In this document: one piece after another, positions 59,040 through 60,977 of the stretch
Layout: every line of letters starts with the position of its first letter
Numbering within the stretch: the stretch's first letter is position 1
Assembly (NCBI RefSeq): GCF_031769215.1
Contig: NW_026782835.1
Coordinates: 1 to 60,977, forward strand
Reading direction: 5' to 3'
DNA from: Ylistrum balloti
Lineage: Eukaryota
DNA length: 60,977 nt
Translations under genes and position numbers: made by a program
Notes under the pieces: generated by a model
Database searches by the model: none
The model's input: only the letters and a program-made list of their open reading frames with translations
Told to the model about the DNA's origin: nothing

Positions 59040-59625
59040 TTTGCTGCTCTTCTGCTACTGATGGTATCATATCACGTGTCGGGTACATAGTTACTTCTAC
59101 ATTTAATTCCTCACGTTTTAACCACTCTGGCACAGCTCGAGCGCTATTTTCAGTAAGCCAACGACGAATAAGGACTACGGAACCTTTCTTGTCTATTACC
59201 TCTATCTTATCTCCCACTTTCACATTTATGGAGGGTATGGTTACTCTTTTGTTGTTGTAGAGAATATGACCATGAGATACAAACTGCCGTGCCTGATTTC
59301 TACTGCTTGCAAACCCAGCTTTATATACAACGTTATCAAGCCTTCTCTCTAACAGTAAGAGTAGGTTATAGCCTGTTACACCCCCCATAACCTTTGCTTT
59401 TTTGAATATATTGCGTAACTGTCTCTCGGAAACACCATAGCTAAATTTAAGCTTTTGCTTTTCCAAAAGCTGGCGTCCAAATTCAGTCTGGCGTGGGCGT
59501 CTTTGACGTAATTCTCCTGGTGGAGCTGGTTTTCGTTTGAGTAATTTATCGTATTTTGGATTACCAAAGATATTGATACCAAACCTTCTTACTATTTTTC
59601 CTTTTGCTTGTAAAATTCTTGCCAT
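59017..59625 (-). CDS. rpsD: 30S ribosomal protein S4
   Basis: MAR..., QLLEKQKL...YG..ERQLR, LERRLDNVV...GFA.SR.QARQ.V.HGHI, EQQIVEFFSK. Confidence 0.97.
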   Translation of the reverse strand: MARILQAKGKIVRRFGINIFGNPKYDKLLKRKPAPPGELRQRRPRQTEFGRQLLEKQKLKFSYGVSERQLRNIFKKAKVMGGVTGYNLLLLLERRLDNVVYKAGFASSRNQARQFVSHGHILYNNKRVTIPSINVKVGDKIEVIDKKGSVVLIRRWLTENSARAVPEWLKREELNVEVTMYPTRDMIPSVAEEQQIVEFFSK

Positions 59626-59707
59626 TATCTATTACCTTTTACTATATTGCGTACCATTATTGCTTATCATTATAGCATATTTATATAAATATATCTATAT
59701 AAATAGA

Positions 59708-60977
59708 TCACACATCGCTTGTTGCGTCTTGCACTGCTACGGTTTCTGTGGCTTCTAAATCACGCTCGTTATGCTGCATATGCTGCTTCACCAAGCGATT
59801 AGCAAAAAAGTACATAAGTAGGGCGCATATCCACACATTTACTACAATAGCTGTAAAGACACCCAACATCCCCATATGGAAGGTGTAGACAAAAATCGGG
59901 AGAGAGATAAATGGAAGCACTAGCTGCCTAATAACAATAATAAGCATGGCTATTTTTGGTTTTTTCATACCGGTAAGCACACCCTGCGATAAGTTGAGTA
60001 CCTGGTACCCCATAAATGCTATAAGCGCAAAAAAGAGGTATGTTTCTGTTATTTGTATTACCTCTATGCGGGTAGTAAAAATACCTGTAAGGAGGCGCCC
60101 AAAAAGAGAGAGGGGTAACATAAAGTTGAGTAGTAGTAAGAATGCAAAAAGCAGTGCTATAGCAAAACTTTGCTTAATACGTTTATATTGCTTTGCTCCG
60201 TTATTCTGCCCCACCAATGCTGAGAGAGCCACACCAAAACCAAAGGAAGGGATGAGTGCCATCTGCTCTATACGAAGACCTATACCATACGCTGCCGTTG
60301 CATCGTTTCCTTGCAAGAGAAAGAGGAAAAAGGTAACTACAGAAAGCCCAATGGAGACAAGTAGTAATTGAAAAAACGAGGGGAGTCCGTAGTAGATAAT
60401 TTCTTTGAAACAGTTACTCTGCAATTTTACCTTACTTAATCTCTGTGGGAGCTGAGCGTCTCTTTTTATTTTTCTCAATACAAGTATGGCACCAAGCACC
60501 TGCACAAGCACTGTTGCAAGGGCTATCCCCTTAATACCCATGGCTGGTATAATAGTTACTCCTGCTATGGATGCACCATAAAGAAACAGAGGATCCAATA
60601 CCATATTAATAAGTACATTCATAATGTATATATTTCTAATAAATTTAGTATTCCCTCTACTCATAAGCCCTGCATTAAGAGTAAACAAGACCATAAGAAA
60701 GGGAAATCCTAACGAAAGAACACGTAAGTAATCTACGGCGTACGCTAACACTTCTGCTTTTGCACCTAGAAATATAAGTAAGTACTTCCCATAAAAGAAA
60801 ACTAACGCAGTTACTCCTATGCCAAAAAGAAAGCAGTATATTGTAGCCTGCGCAAGATACTGTTTTGCCTGATCCTCATCTTCTTTTCCTAAAGCATTGG
60901 AAATAAGCACCATAGCGCCCCCAGCAAAAAGCTGCCCCAGCGCAAGAGAGAGGAGAAACACAGGAAATGTAGCCGTA
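59708..60977 (-). CDS. MATE family efflux transporter, 5'-truncated by window edge
   Basis: NMVLDPLFL, MGIKGIALAT, AAYGIG, GQNNGAK, G..G.F; frame remains open to the window end, so the GTG at 60961 is internal. Confidence 0.9.
   Translation of the reverse strand, partial: TATFPVFLLSLALGQLFAGGAMVLISNALGKEDEDQAKQYLAQATIYCFLFGIGVTALVFFYGKYLLIFLGAKAEVLAYAVDYLRVLSLGFPFLMVLFTLNAGLMSRGNTKFIRNIYIMNVLINMVLDPLFLYGASIAGVTIIPAMGIKGIALATVLVQVLGAILVLRKIKRDAQLPQRLSKVKLQSNCFKEIIYYGLPSFFQLLLVSIGLSVVTFFLFLLQGNDATAAYGIGLRIEQMALIPSFGFGVALSALVGQNNGAKQYKRIKQSFAIALLFAFLLLLNFMLPLSLFGRLLTGIFTTRIEVIQITETYLFFALIAFMGYQVLNLSQGVLTGMKKPKIAMLIIVIRQLVLPFISLPIFVYTFHMGMLGVFTAIVVNVWICALLMYFFANRLVKQHMQHNERDLEATETVAVQDATSDV

Noticed and set aside
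1-60977. CRISPR array, rRNA or prophage
   Set aside because: No regularly spaced repeats, rRNA signature sequences or phage structural genes were seen.

Overview
This is a gene-dense, AT-rich bacterial chromosome segment that looks spirochaetal. The signs are a Borrelia-order mevalonate operon, stand-alone rpsD and groES, ctpA next to lgt, and a NusG domain II protein. Housekeeping genes include lysA, hisA/hisIE, thyX, fabD-fabG-fabF, tRNA-Ser(GGA)-ffs-dnaX-recR, rmuC-mnmE, ctpA, lgt, groES, cysK, mvaS-fni-mvaA-mvaD-mvaK2-mvaK1, an OppA-like lipoprotein, rpsD and a MATE gene cut by the window edge. Four things stand out. (1) An intact P-type (Trb) type IV secretion/pilus locus, trbBCDEJL//FGI plus traF, has no relaxase, coupling protein or integrase in the window. 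It is split by an antisense aldo-keto reductase and runs directly into a frameshifted TonB-dependent-receptor-like gene. (2) A coupled two-gene unit encodes a class I HMG-CoA reductase and a strongly eukaryote-like alkyl-DHAP synthase (ether-lipid enzyme). A separate class II HMG-CoA reductase already sits in the complete mevalonate operon. (3) A mitochondrial-type aconitase, a eukaryotic-type citrate synthase and an isocitrate dehydrogenase lie close together. (4) A fully delimited but decayed 2380-bp IS1595-family element (25-bp TIRs, 8-bp target duplication) carries a ruined methyltransferase-endonuclease fusion. There are also signs of genome erosion (DUF285 pseudogene, homopolymer frameshifts) and a recurrent TANNNT-N6-ATG leaderless-promoter pattern. 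All calls come from motif recognition by eye; no database searches were run.
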